Shown piece by piece: positions 1 to 9,598 of a stretch of DNA of 64,000 nt. The notes beneath the pieces are model-generated. The model saw only the letters and a program-made list of their open reading frames with translations, was not told the DNA's origin and did no database searches. The stretch comes from Candidatus Latescibacterota bacterium. GTDB lineage: Bacteria; Latescibacterota; UBA2968; UBA8231. The stretch lies in the NCBI GenBank assembly GCA_963422735.1, contig OY730476.1, positions 1,888,001-1,952,000 on the forward strand, written 5' to 3'. Both the position numbers and the translations under genes were made by a program. Numbering within the stretch: the stretch's first letter is position 1; each line of letters starts with the position of its first letter.

Positions 1-1090
1 GCTTCTTGAGGTTTTCAACGCCTCTTTCAACCATCCCGACATTGGGTTTGGCGATGCGCTTGAGCGTAGCACCACCGTGAAATTTGAGGGCGCGCACTGT
101 GGCTACCAACACCACGAGGTCGGGTGTTAGGCCGCTCTGGCGGCACTTGATGTTGGCGAATTTCTCCGCGCCCAAGTCCGCGCCAAAGCCGGCCTCGGTG
201 ACGGTGTATTCGGAGAGGCGCGTACCCAGACGGGTGGCGGCAATGGAGTTGCAGCCGTGGGCGATATTGGCAAAAGGGCCGCCGTGGACTAAAGCCGGGT
301 TGCCCTCTAGGGTTTGCACCAAGTTGGGTTGGCAGGCGTCTTTGAGCAGCACCGCCATGGCGCCGTGGACTGCTAGGTCCGCAGCGCGAATGGTCTCGCG
401 GGAGCGGGTCTGGGCGACGACGATCCGGCCGAGCCGCTCTTTGAGTTCGGCCCGCGATTCAGAAAGGCAGAGGATGGCCATAACCTCCGAGGCGACGGCA
501 ATGTCGAATCCCGCTTGGCGCGGAAAGGAGTTGGCGGTCCCTCCTAGCCCGACGACGATATCGCGCAGTGCTCGGTCGTTTATGTCGAGGACGCGGTTCC
601 AGACGATGCGACGGGGATCAATGCGGCGTGCATTGCCGTGGTGGATGTAGTTGTCGAGAGCAGCGGCGAGTAGGTTGTGCGCGGTGGAGACGGCGTGAAT
701 ATCCCCAGTGAAGTGCAAGTTGATGTCCTCCATCGGCGCCACCTGAGCGTAGCCGCCGCCGGCGCCGCCGCCCTTCAGGCCGAAGCAAGGCCCCAGCGAA
801 GGCTCCCGCAGGCAGACGGTGGCGCGCTTGCCAATGCGGTTGAGCGCGTCGCCGAGCCCGATGGTGGTGGTGGTCTTGCCCTCGCCAGCCGGAGTCGGGT
901 TGATGGCCGAGACGAGAATCAGCTTGCCGGCGGTAGGCGCGTTTTCGAGCTGCTGGCAGAAATCCTGCGAGATCTTGGCCTTGACGCGGCCGTAGTGTTC
1001 GAGGTGTTCGGGGCCGATTCCGAGCTGGGCGGCCACGTCGTCAATGGGGCGGAGCGGGGTCTGGCGGGCGATTTCAATATCGGGTAACAA
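1..1090 (-). CDS. fhs: Formate--tetrahydrofolate ligase (3' end runs off the window)
   Basis: Manual minus-strand translation from TTG at 1090 (RBS GGAG): [20 protein letters not shown]...[33 protein letters not shown]...[40 protein letters not shown], the canonical FTHFS motifs. Absent from the ORF track because it has no stop in the window. Confidence 0.97.
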   Translation of the reverse strand, partial: MLPDIEIARQTPLRPIDDVAAQLGIGPEHLEHYGRVKAKISQDFCQQLENAPTAGKLILVSAINPTPAGEGKTTTTIGLGDALNRIGKRATVCLREPSLGPCFGLKGGGAGGGYAQVAPMEDINLHFTGDIHAVSTAHNLLAAALDNYIHHGNARRIDPRRIVWNRVLDINDRALRDIVVGLGGTANSFPRQAGFDIAVASEVMAILCLSESRAELKERLGRIVVAQTRSRETIRAADLAVHGAMAVLLKDACQPNLVQTLEGNPALVHGGPFANIAHGCNSIAATRLGTRLSEYTVTEAGFGADLGAEKFANIKCRQSGLTPDLVVLVATVRALKFHGGATLKRIAKPNVGMVERGVENLKK

Positions 1091-1118
1091 AGTAAGCTCC
1101 TGATTTAAATGGATTGGT

Positions 1119-1937
1119 CTATACGCCGCAAAATGCGGAAAAGCCGCCATCGATGGGCACAATAGTACCGGTGACAAACGCGGCTGCGTCTGAAAAGAGC
1201 CACAGGGACGCGCCGACGACCTCGTGCGGGTCGCCAAAGCGGGCCATGGGGACATTTTTGAGAATGGTCTCGCCGCGATCGGTTAGCTCTCCGCTTGTTT
1301 CGTCGAGGAGCAGGAAGCGGTTTTGCGTAGTGATCATAAAGCCAGGGGCCACGGCATTGACGCGGATTTTGGGCGCGTAGGTTGTGGCCATATGCACGGC
1401 TAGCCAGCGGGTGAAGCTGTCGGCAGCAGCCTTGCCGTTGGAATACGCCAAAGCCCGCGACAGCGGCAGCCCTCCGCCGATTGAGGTGATATTGACGACA
1501 GCTCCCTCGCCTTTAGCGGCGAAGACGCGGCCCACCGCCTGTGAGGGCAGGACGGCGCTTAGATAGTTGAGATCCATCACCATCTTGACCGCCTCTGGGT
1601 CCATATCAAAGAATTCTAGTTCGGGGGAGGTCGTGGTGTCCTTGTGGCTGCCGCCGGCCCCATTGAGCAGGAAGTCGATGGTGCCAAAGTGCTCGATGGT
1701 CTCGGCGAGCGCGGCCGCGATGCTATTTTTGTTGACGACGTTGCACTCGACGGGGAGGGCCTTGTCGGGGAAATCTTGGTTGATCTCGTCGGCTTTGGCG
1801 CGTGCCGCCTCTGGAGCAATGTCCCAGATCGCCACCTCTGCGCCGGCTCGAGCAAGGCCACGGGCGATCTCGCCGCCAATGGCACCGCCAGCACCGGTCG
1901 CCACGGCCTTTTTGCCACGGAAGTCAAAAGTAGTCAA
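1119..1937 (-). CDS. SDR oxidoreductase, D-mannonate/gluconate dehydrogenase-like
   Basis: TGAGGAIG Rossmann motif, NGAGG, catalytic [16 protein letters not shown]-terminal IDGGFSA. Confidence 0.9.
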   Translation of the reverse strand: MTTFDFRGKKAVATGAGGAIGGEIARGLARAGAEVAIWDIAPEAARAKADEINQDFPDKALPVECNVVNKNSIAAALAETIEHFGTIDFLLNGAGGSHKDTTTSPELEFFDMDPEAVKMVMDLNYLSAVLPSQAVGRVFAAKGEGAVVNITSIGGGLPLSRALAYSNGKAAADSFTRWLAVHMATTYAPKIRVNAVAPGFMITTQNRFLLLDETSGELTDRGETILKNVPMARFGDPHEVVGASLWLFSDAAAFVTGTIVPIDGGFSAFCGV

Positions 1938-2072
1938 GGTGATGCCTCTCCTTCTGCTAAAATTCAGGTGCTGAGCCGTAGGCTTCGGCCTCGGGGTCGG
2001 TGGTTTTGACGGAAAATGTTATTCTATTTAATCAGACCCCTTTTTGCAATTTCACCGCAGAGGAGGCACGAC

Positions 2073-3155
2073 ATGGCACAACCGTTGGGCGCAGCCTACA
2101 GACAGATCGCAGCGACGCGGCCGCGCGGAACGTATCGCGGCGCAGTAGTCGGCTGTGGGCGGATGGGCAGCACCATCGATGACGAGCATATCGGGATGGC
2201 GCACTATCCGTGGCCGTGGGCACACGCCCCGGCCATGATCGAGGCACGGGGCATTGAGTTGATCAGCGCGGCCGACGTGGATCGAGCCAAGCTGGACGAC
2301 TTTGCCCGGCGCTGGGGAGTAGAAGCCCTGTACGAAGACTACCGCGAGTTGGTCGCCCAAGAGCGGCCCGACGTGGTGGCGGTGACGACGCGGCCCGACG
2401 AGCGGGCCGAAGTGGTTATCGGCCTGGCCGAGGCCGGGGTGCGGGCGATTTTTGCCACCAAGCCGATGTGCCGCACCTTGGCCGAGGCCGATGCGATGAT
2501 TGCGGGGTGCAAGGCAAGCGGAACGATTCTTTCCATCGCCTGCCATCTCAACTGGTATAGCTGGTACACCAGTGCGCGGCGTGCTATGGCCGACGGGGCG
2601 ATTGGCCGGTTGCGCTCCATGGTGTGCCACAGCCCGCACAGCCTGTCGAACCTGCAAAGCCATACGCTGGCCCTGTTTCGGCTCTTTGCCGAGGCACCAG
2701 CCGAGTGGGTAATGGGCGAGATGGACGACGACGCGCAGGCCGCAGCCGACCGGGATTTATCCGGCTCCGGCTACATTGCCTACGCCAACGGGGTGCGCGG
2801 CTTTCTCAACTCCCGCGCCGACCGCTCGGGGCATGGGTGGACCTTGGAATTTATCGGCGAACACGGGATGATTGTCTCGCGCAACGCCCACGCGCAATTC
2901 GAGCTGTGGGGGGCGCACCCAGAGACCGGCGAGCCGATCCAGCGGCCATTCCCCAACCCGTGGCACCCGCGCTCGTCCATGGTCGATGCGATTGAGGGCG
3001 TCTGTCGGGCGATCGAGGAGGGGGAAGAGCGGATTTGCCCAGGGGAATTTGGGCGCGAGGCCCTAGAGCTTGCCATTGGCTTGCGCGAGTCGCATCGGCA
3101 GGGCAATAGGCGGGTGGATTTGCCGCTGGCGAATCGGGCGTTGCGAATGGGCTAA
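2073..3155 (+). CDS. Gfo/Idh/MocA family oxidoreductase
   Basis: AVVGCGRMG, YEDYRELV..ERPDVV, IFATKPM (EKP variant); RBS AGGAGG before ATG 2073. Confidence 0.88.
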   Translation: MAQPLGAAYRQIAATRPRGTYRGAVVGCGRMGSTIDDEHIGMAHYPWPWAHAPAMIEARGIELISAADVDRAKLDDFARRWGVEALYEDYRELVAQERPDVVAVTTRPDERAEVVIGLAEAGVRAIFATKPMCRTLAEADAMIAGCKASGTILSIACHLNWYSWYTSARRAMADGAIGRLRSMVCHSPHSLSNLQSHTLALFRLFAEAPAEWVMGEMDDDAQAAADRDLSGSGYIAYANGVRGFLNSRADRSGHGWTLEFIGEHGMIVSRNAHAQFELWGAHPETGEPIQRPFPNPWHPRSSMVDAIEGVCRAIEEGEERICPGEFGREALELAIGLRESHRQGNRRVDLPLANRALRMG

Positions 3156-3424
3156 ATGGCAGCCGTTCCGAAGGCCGTCTTTCCATCGTTGACGGCAATC
3201 CAAATCCATCTATCCGATGAACTGGCCCCGTTGTCTTACCAGAGAGCAGCCATAGGAATTTACCGCGAAACACAGGAATCGGGAAACGGAATTTCCTAGT
3301 GTACGGTTGGGGATTCAGGTTTCATGTAGGCGGTTTCACTCGGCTGGCCCGTAGCCCTCGTCCGAGCCAGCGCGGTCCCCGCGTCGATGTTCCGGGGCCC
3401 GTCGCCAAGAGGGCGAATGGGACG

Positions 3425-3494
3425 GACCCCTGACCCCTGACCCCTGACCCCTGACCCCTGACCCCTGACCCCTGACCCCTGACCACTGACCACT
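3425..3494. repeat. Heptamer tandem repeat (GACCCCT)x8 + (GACCACT)x2
   Basis: Read directly; intergenic. Confidence 0.95.
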
Positions 3495-3938
3495 GATTAA
3501 ACAGTCCTTATTCTAGGAAAGTCCGTCGGGAAAAAGCAAAGCGTGGGCTGTTCAGGGAGAAGTAGGAATCGGCTTCATTTGGAGACTGACAAAGAAGAAG
3601 CTGAGCCTATCAGTGCAGCAAGGGATCTCTCTTTTCTGTGGCAAACCTACAAGCGAAGAAGAGAGCAGACCGGCTGATCTGCTGTTAGTGCAAGTTATGC
3701 CGACCAGCCTGCTTGCAACCTTCAGCTTCTAAGGCCGTCCAGTTTCGGTATTTGGTCTTCCCTCGGTGCTCAGCGCATCGGGGAGATTTCTTTGCCCGGC
3801 GCATTCTCGCAGGAATAGGGGAAGAAGTGAAGATTGGGTAGGTGGGGGCCCGGAGTAGTGCTTGAGTAGGTGCGGGAATGAGTGTTGAATTGCTTGCGAT
3901 GGGAACGGAATTTTTCAGATGGGAGGTGGATTTTTGCT

Positions 3939-4191
3939 ATGGGACGAAACCAGTGGAAGCAGCCGACAGAGGCGAGTTTTACCCGCAGTGTGATCGCGCT
4001 GTTGATGATGCACGGCTGGCTTGGGACATCCCGGCTTGTCCGATGTCGTGGCGGTCGAGGAACGGTTCGGCAAACCGCGCTTGCTCATGCTGGAATTGAA
4101 GCGAGACAAGAGACGGTATCGCACGACCGCAGAGCAGAGACGGTGGGGAAAGGCCATCCAGCGAGCGGGGATTAAAGAGCCGACGGACTGA
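3939..4191 (+). pseudogene. Frameshifted VRR-NUC-like PD-(D/E)xK nuclease remnant
   Basis: RBS GGAGG then MGRNQWKQPTEASFTRSVIALLMMHGW; a different frame from ~4021 reads GHPGLSDVVAVEERFGKPRLLMLELKRDKRRYRTTAEQRRWG, matching the VRR-NUC pattern E..F...V/PG.(P)D/ELK/Q..W. Confidence 0.55.
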
Positions 4192-4226
4192 CGGGAGCTG
4201 GTGGAGCAGGTCAAGTAGGGTTTTCC

Positions 4227-4271
4227 TTCACCGCATGAGATCGGCGATGCGCTCGCCGATGGCCATAGAGG
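4227..4271 (-). repeat. Duplicate of the 3' end of the GMC oxidoreductase gene (left direct repeat)
   Basis: 4232-4271 is identical to 5243-5282 (40 bp); 45 bp with 1 mismatch when the stop codon is included. Confidence 0.95.
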
Positions 4272-4276
4272 ACTCG

Positions 4277-4762
4277 TTATTCTTCAGCGATACTCAAAAT
4301 AAGAGTCCGCACGTTATCGCTGAGATGAAAATGTATCTCTTGCAACCGATCGAGAAGCGGTTTTACCGCTAGGATATGACCCTCTTGTTTGGCTTTGAGT
4401 AATACACCTGCTGTGCCTGTTACACGCAAACCTCATAGGCGAGCTATTCTTCTTGCGAGTTTCTCATCGATAATAACTAGGCTGTCTGATTCTTCTAATG
4501 CCAAAGCCAGCACCTCGGTTTCACCCGGGCCAAAGTCTGTGCTCAATCCCAGAATTTGCGGAGACCGAATGGCTCGAGTTTCGATCCATTCATAACCGTC
4601 TATCTCTGGCACATCTTCACCTTGCCTGCGTCCTGCTTCCAACTCTGCTACAACTGCTTTTGGAACAATTATCTCCTGATAGAGTTTTTGCAGCAGAGCA
4701 AGGAGGCGGAGTCGATGGAGATAAAAAATTGGCGATGTATTGCTGATTACGACCTCAGGCAT
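4277..4762 (-). pseudogene. DUF3368 family PIN-like putative toxin with an in-frame TGA
   Basis: VISNTSPI, VPKAVVAEL, GPGETEVLALA, IIDEKLAR; after TGA (4433-4435) the same frame continues GLRVTGTAGVLLKAKQEGHI...SIAEE to TAA at 4277. Confidence 0.85.
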
Positions 4763-5006
4763 TTTGGAGGTCCTGTTCTAATTCCTCATCTGTCATATCA
4801 AAGATAGGCACACCGTAGTGACCCATATTTTGGAGAAATTGGACGCGCGACATGCCAGCCAATTCAGCCGCACGCCCGGAAGACATTTTACCCATTTCAT
4901 AGAGCTTGGCGGCAGCAGCCATGCGGACCTCTTGGGTAAATTCTTCGGGCGTCTCTTTTAAGGAGAGAAAAATCTCTTCTGGCACTTCAATCTGAATCGT
5001 CTGCAT
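4755..5006 (-). CDS. UPF0175 family putative antitoxin
   Basis: AAAKLYEMGKMSSGRAAELAGMSRVQFLQ...YGVPIF..EELEQDL; overlaps the DUF3368 start. Confidence 0.9.
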   Translation of the reverse strand: MQTIQIEVPEEIFLSLKETPEEFTQEVRMAAAAKLYEMGKMSSGRAAELAGMSRVQFLQNMGHYGVPIFDMTDEELEQDLQNA

Positions 5007-5237
5007 TTTTATTTCTTTGGTTTCATTATGACCACAGGTGAAGGCATTATTCAATAGATTCACTGCCAATATGAACCAGAATGCTCTTCTTGGAAATTTC
5101 TAAATATACTCAATCTCTTTGTAAATTGGCGATCCCAAAACCCTGTAGAATGGTGTACAGATGTTCACGCCCGAGTATGCAGATTTGCAGCGCAATGGTA
5201 TCAGTGGTCTGATGGGATGAGTGGGACTCGATGCCTG

Positions 5238-5282
5238 TTCAACGCATGAGATCGGCGATGCGCTCGCCGATGGCCATAGAGG
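5238..5282 (-). repeat. Right direct repeat (3' end of GMC gene)
   Basis: Matches 4227-4271. Confidence 0.95.
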
Positions 5283-6804
5283 TAATGTTGGTGTTGGCGC
5301 GCACGCAGTCGGGCATAATGGCCGCGTCGGCCACGCGCAGGTTTTCGAGGCCGTGAACTCGGCCGTACTGATCGACGACGGCCATCGAGTCTGTCTCCGG
5401 CCCCATCTTGCAGGTCGAGGAGACGTGGTGGCTGGTGCCTACTTCGCGCCGCATCCACTCGTCGAGCGCGTCGTCTGTGTCGAGTTCGGCGTCGGTTGGG
5501 CCGATGCGCTCGGCCACGAGCCCGCTGAGTGCATCGTGTTTGAGGAGGTCAATGATGATGCGGATGGATTCGCGCAGACGGCGGCAGTCTGAAGATTCGG
5601 CCAAGTAGTTGTAGTCGAGCACGGGCTGCGCGTGCGGGTCGGTGGAGGCCAGTTTGAGTTCGCCCTGTCCCTCAGCCAAGTAGATGCAGCCGACTAAGTA
5701 GAAGCCCAAGGGCTTGGAATGCGACGAGGCGTAGTAGCCCTCGGTCGTGGCAAAGGAAGCCGGGATAATGAACATGTCGTTGCGCCAGTCCGATCCGGTG
5801 GCGGTGTAGCGCAGGCCGATTTGCAGCCGAGGCTCGGTGCCGTCGCCGAGGTACTCGTCCTTGGCCCGCAGAGTCGCGCTCACTTGCGGATGGTCGCGCA
5901 GATTCTGCCCGACGCCGGGAAGCTCGCACACCACGTCAATGCCCATTGCCTCCAAGTGCGCGGCCGGCCCAATGCCCGACAGCAAGAGCAGATGCGGCGA
6001 GCCAATGGCCCCGCCGCAAAGCACGATTTCTCCGCCGTGGACCGCGGAGAGGGCACCGTCGCACTCGACGAGCAGGCCGGTGGCACGCTGGCCGGCAAAG
6101 AGTACGCGGTGGACGTGTGCGTTGGCTTGAATGGTGAGATTGGGGCGACCGCGAGCTGGATTGAGGTAGCCGATGTTGGTGCTCCAGCGGATGCCCTCGG
6201 CGTTGTTGAGGGCCAAGGGGCCGACGCCGGTGGAAGCAGGATCGTTGTGATCGGGGCAGTCGGGGTAGCCAGCGGCGAGCGCGGCCTTGTAGAAGGCGCG
6301 ATGCTCGGGGTTGAGTTCGCGGTCGGTGAACCGCCGAGCGCGGATGGGACCGTCGGCACCGTGGTAGGGAGTGTCGCCGTAGTCGGGATCGGATTCGAGG
6401 CGACGCAAAAAGGGCAACAGGGCGTCATGGCTCCACAGGTCATTGCCCGCCGCCGCCCAAGAGTCGTAGTCTTCGGGCACCCCGCGCAAAAAAATCTGCG
6501 CGTTGACCGCACTCGACCCGCCGACGATTTTGCCGCGTGGCACAAACATATCGGGACGCAGGTCCGTAGCCCGGGCGCGATACTCCCAGCCAAATCGGGT
6601 GCCCAAGCCAAAGGCGCGGTCCCAGATATTGCGATCGCTCCCGTAGGCATAGCGGATCTCCTCGGGCAAGTCCTCAACCGCAGCAAAATCCGGCCCAGCC
6701 TCCAGCAGCAAGACCGACCGACTCTGATCCTCGCTGAGCCGCGCCGCGAGCACCGCACCCGCTGCTCCAGCCCCGGCAATGACGACATCGTAAGACGCAG
6801 ACAT
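5239..6804 (-). CDS. GMC family FAD oxidoreductase (choline dehydrogenase-like)
   Basis: GAGAAG FAD motif, RGKIVGGSSAVN, GVGQNLRDHP, HHVSSTCKMG, LRVADAAIMP..ANTN. Confidence 0.93.
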   Translation of the reverse strand: MSASYDVVIAGAGAAGAVLAARLSEDQSRSVLLLEAGPDFAAVEDLPEEIRYAYGSDRNIWDRAFGLGTRFGWEYRARATDLRPDMFVPRGKIVGGSSAVNAQIFLRGVPEDYDSWAAAGNDLWSHDALLPFLRRLESDPDYGDTPYHGADGPIRARRFTDRELNPEHRAFYKAALAAGYPDCPDHNDPASTGVGPLALNNAEGIRWSTNIGYLNPARGRPNLTIQANAHVHRVLFAGQRATGLLVECDGALSAVHGGEIVLCGGAIGSPHLLLLSGIGPAAHLEAMGIDVVCELPGVGQNLRDHPQVSATLRAKDEYLGDGTEPRLQIGLRYTATGSDWRNDMFIIPASFATTEGYYASSHSKPLGFYLVGCIYLAEGQGELKLASTDPHAQPVLDYNYLAESSDCRRLRESIRIIIDLLKHDALSGLVAERIGPTDAELDTDDALDEWMRREVGTSHHVSSTCKMGPETDSMAVVDQYGRVHGLENLRVADAAIMPDCVRANTNITSMAIGERIADLMR

Positions 6805-6947
6805 AAGATCCCCTTTGTTGTCCTAATCCTCAATATAACCTCTTAATACACGACAGTAGTCCAATGGACGTTACGTATGGGCATCTTATACCGCTTCTAC
6901 TGTCATGTACTTAGACATAGCCCTAATCCTTGTAATATAGGACGCCC

Positions 6948-8327
6948 CTACAACTGCTCCGCTAATTCCTCGGCCGGATAGGTGAGAATCTCCGCCAAGG
7001 TCGGATGATAATGGGGAATTCTCGCCAAATCTTGCACTGTCCCGCGAAAGTACATCACCGCGATCAACTCGTGGATCAGCTCGCCGGCCTCTGGGCCGAC
7101 AATGTGGCCCCCGAGCATTTCGCCTGAGCGCGGGTCGCAGAGAATTTTTGCGTGGCCGCAGGTTTCGCCCATCGTCAGCGACTTGCCGTGGTCGTCAAAA
7201 GGGTAGCTGGCGACCAAATAGGGCCGGTCCGCGTCGCGGCAGTCCCGCTCGCTGAGGCCGACGCTGGCCACCTGCGGATCGGTGAACACGACCAGCGCGT
7301 TGAGGCGGTCGTCGAAGCGATGCTCGGGGCGGTCGGGATGCGTGGCATTGTACGCGGCGATTTCACCCTGCTCGATGGCGATGTGGACGATCTCGTGCTC
7401 GCCGTTGACGTCGCCGACAGCGTAGATGTGGGGCTGGCTAGTGCGCATGGCCGCATCGACGACAATGCGCCCGCGGGCGACCTCGACGCCGGCTTGGTCC
7501 AAGCCCAACCCGTTGATGTGTGGACGGCGACCGAGGGCTTGGAGGACGAGGTCAGCCGAGGTCGTTTTTTCTGCGCCATTGCAGAAAAAATGCGCTGTCT
7601 TGCGCCCGTTTTCCTCGGTGAATTGGCGCAGTTGAGTGCCGGTGTACACCTCCATGCCCTCCTCGCGGAAGCGCGCTTCAACCGGCCGCGCCAAATCCTC
7701 GTCGCCGGCCGAGAGAATGTGATTGCTGCGCTGGATGAGCGTTACCTGCGTGCCAATGCGCTGAAAGAACTGGGCCAACTCCACGGCGACCGGGCCGCCG
7801 CCGAGGACGAGCAGGCTCTCTGGCTGCTGGCACATGTCGAGGGCCTCGTCGCTGGTGAGGTAGCCGACGCGGTCCAGCCCCGAGATCGGGACGCGGTGGG
7901 GTGTAGAGCCGGTGGCAATAATAAAATGCCCGGCCTCAATGACGCCGTCGCCGGCTTGGAGCGTCTGCGGCGAGAGGAAGCGGGCACGCGCTTCGTAGAG
8001 CGCGAAGCGGCCGTCGCTGAGTTGCTCGCGGCGATAGGCGGCAAAGTCGGCGACCAGCCGCGCCTTGCGTTCGACGATGGCGGCTAAGTCAGCGCAAACT
8101 TCCACCGGCGCTAGGCCAAATTCGGAGGCGCGGCTTAGATGTGAGGCCATCTCGGCTGAGCGCAGGATCGCCTTGCTGGGCATACAGCCGCGCAGAATGC
8201 ACAGGCCACCCCACGGACCTTGGTCGATAACCGCAACATTTGCGCCGGCCGCGTGGGCCGTGCGCGCCGCTGCGTACCCGGCCGAGCCACCGCCGATGAC
8301 CGCGATGTCGCATTGCACAGTTGCCAT
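6948..8327 (-). CDS. Pyridine nucleotide-disulfide oxidoreductase (dihydrolipoamide dehydrogenase/MerA-like)
   Basis: IGGGSAG, redox motif GGLCILRGCMPSK, LGGGPVAVE, C-terminal HYHPTLAE; no C-terminal CC pair of MerA. Confidence 0.9.
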   Translation of the reverse strand: MATVQCDIAVIGGGSAGYAAARTAHAAGANVAVIDQGPWGGLCILRGCMPSKAILRSAEMASHLSRASEFGLAPVEVCADLAAIVERKARLVADFAAYRREQLSDGRFALYEARARFLSPQTLQAGDGVIEAGHFIIATGSTPHRVPISGLDRVGYLTSDEALDMCQQPESLLVLGGGPVAVELAQFFQRIGTQVTLIQRSNHILSAGDEDLARPVEARFREEGMEVYTGTQLRQFTEENGRKTAHFFCNGAEKTTSADLVLQALGRRPHINGLGLDQAGVEVARGRIVVDAAMRTSQPHIYAVGDVNGEHEIVHIAIEQGEIAAYNATHPDRPEHRFDDRLNALVVFTDPQVASVGLSERDCRDADRPYLVASYPFDDHGKSLTMGETCGHAKILCDPRSGEMLGGHIVGPEAGELIHELIAVMYFRGTVQDLARIPHYHPTLAEILTYPAEELAEQL

Positions 8328-8329
8328 AG

Positions 8330-9598
8330 TTGGTTTTTGTCCTACTCTTGAGCGGCTTGGTTTTTGTTTTACTGTTGAGCGATGAGGTATGTTTCTTGAA
8401 TGCACTACACCCCATAGGCGCGGTCTTGTTCTGCTGCGCGCTGGCCCTGCCCGCTTGGAGCGAGGATGCTGCCTATACGATGCGCGGCTTTGATGCGCGC
8501 ATTCAGCGGGGCATAGATCTGACCTACAATCTGCGCTTTGAGGAGGCCGAGCGCCACTTTCAGGCCATCGTCGCGGCCGAGCCGGACAACCCGCTCGGCT
8601 ACTTCTTTCGCGCGATGGTGTCTTGGTGGCGGATCCTCATAGATTTAGCCGACAAAACCCACGACGCGGAGTTCCACGCCCGGCTTCAGCAGTGCATTGA
8701 GGTCTGCGACCGGCGTCTTGCAAAAGACTCGATGGACTTCGACGCGATTCTCTTCAAAGGCGGTGCCATTGGTTTTCGCGGCCGCCTGTACGGCGACAGA
8801 GAACAGTACCTAAAGGCGGCGCGCGACGGGTTGCGCGGTCTGCCCCTCCTGAAGAAGAGCCGTCAGCTCGAGCCTACCAACAAGGACATCCTCTTTGGGC
8901 AGGGCCTGTACCACTACTTCGCCGAAGTCATGCCCCAACGCCACCGAATCCTCCGTCCGATTATGGCTTTTTTGCCCGACGGAGATCGCTTGCTGGGCCT
9001 CCAGCAACTCAAAGAAGTTGCTCGCGAAGGGGCCTACGCCCGCGCCGAGGCCGCCTATTTCCTAGGCCAGATCTACCGGATTTTTGAAAAGGATAATCGC
9101 AGAGCATTGCCCTATTTTGAGGAACTCTACACGCGTTACCCCGACAATGCGGTCTTCCACCGCTACGCCGCGCGGACTATGGTCGAACTCGGTCGCTGGC
9201 GATCAGGAGTGGCTTTGTACGAAGAATACGTGCGGCGCGGCTTGGCTAGCCAGACCGGCTATCACCGCCACGGCCGCTTGGAGGCGCATTATTACGTGGG
9301 CAAATACGCGTACTTCGAGCGGCGCTTTCCCGAGGCCGCTGACCACTTGGCGGCAACTGACAGCCTCGCCGCAGGTTCCGAGCGCAAGCGGGACCTAGCA
9401 TTTGCCGTACTGGCCAACCTGCTGCTCGGCCAAGTATGCGATCTAGAAGGGCGCCGCGAGGAAGCGATTCTCCGCTACCAGCGGGTGCGACGCTTGCCCG
9501 ACCACGCGGACAGCCACCAACGGGCGCAACTCTATCTGCATGTGCCCTATCGAGGGGACGCAAGTGGGGCGGTCAATCCTGTGCCTCCAACCGAATGA
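8330..9598 (+). CDS. Secreted tetratricopeptide-repeat protein (start uncertain)
   Basis: Signal-like segment ALALPAWS, TPR-like helices (EAERHFQAIVAAEPDNPLGYF; LLGQVCDLEGRREEAILRY). Confidence 0.75.
   Translation: MVFVLLLSGLVFVLLLSDEVCFLNALHPIGAVLFCCALALPAWSEDAAYTMRGFDARIQRGIDLTYNLRFEEAERHFQAIVAAEPDNPLGYFFRAMVSWWRILIDLADKTHDAEFHARLQQCIEVCDRRLAKDSMDFDAILFKGGAIGFRGRLYGDREQYLKAARDGLRGLPLLKKSRQLEPTNKDILFGQGLYHYFAEVMPQRHRILRPIMAFLPDGDRLLGLQQLKEVAREGAYARAEAAYFLGQIYRIFEKDNRRALPYFEELYTRYPDNAVFHRYAARTMVELGRWRSGVALYEEYVRRGLASQTGYHRHGRLEAHYYVGKYAYFERRFPEAADHLAATDSLAAGSERKRDLAFAVLANLLLGQVCDLEGRREEAILRYQRVRRLPDHADSHQRAQLYLHVPYRGDASGAVNPVPPTE

Noticed and set aside
3425-3494. Possible CRISPR array, or the 65-aa GQGSGVR-repeat ORF (3296-3493)
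   Set aside because: 7-bp units without spacers and no cas genes; the ORF is simply the translation of the heptamer repeat
4433-4435. Selenocysteine or genetic-code recoding of TGA
   Set aside because: Not a Cys-equivalent catalytic position, and TGA serves as a normal stop in many genes here
5719-8087. Long plus-strand ORFs (5719-6846, 7152-8087) and similar antisense ORFs elsewhere
   Set aside because: Shadow ORFs of well-supported opposite-strand genes in GC-rich DNA
6948-8327. merA
   Set aside because: No C-terminal Cys-Cys pair, no N-terminal metal-binding domain and no mer operon
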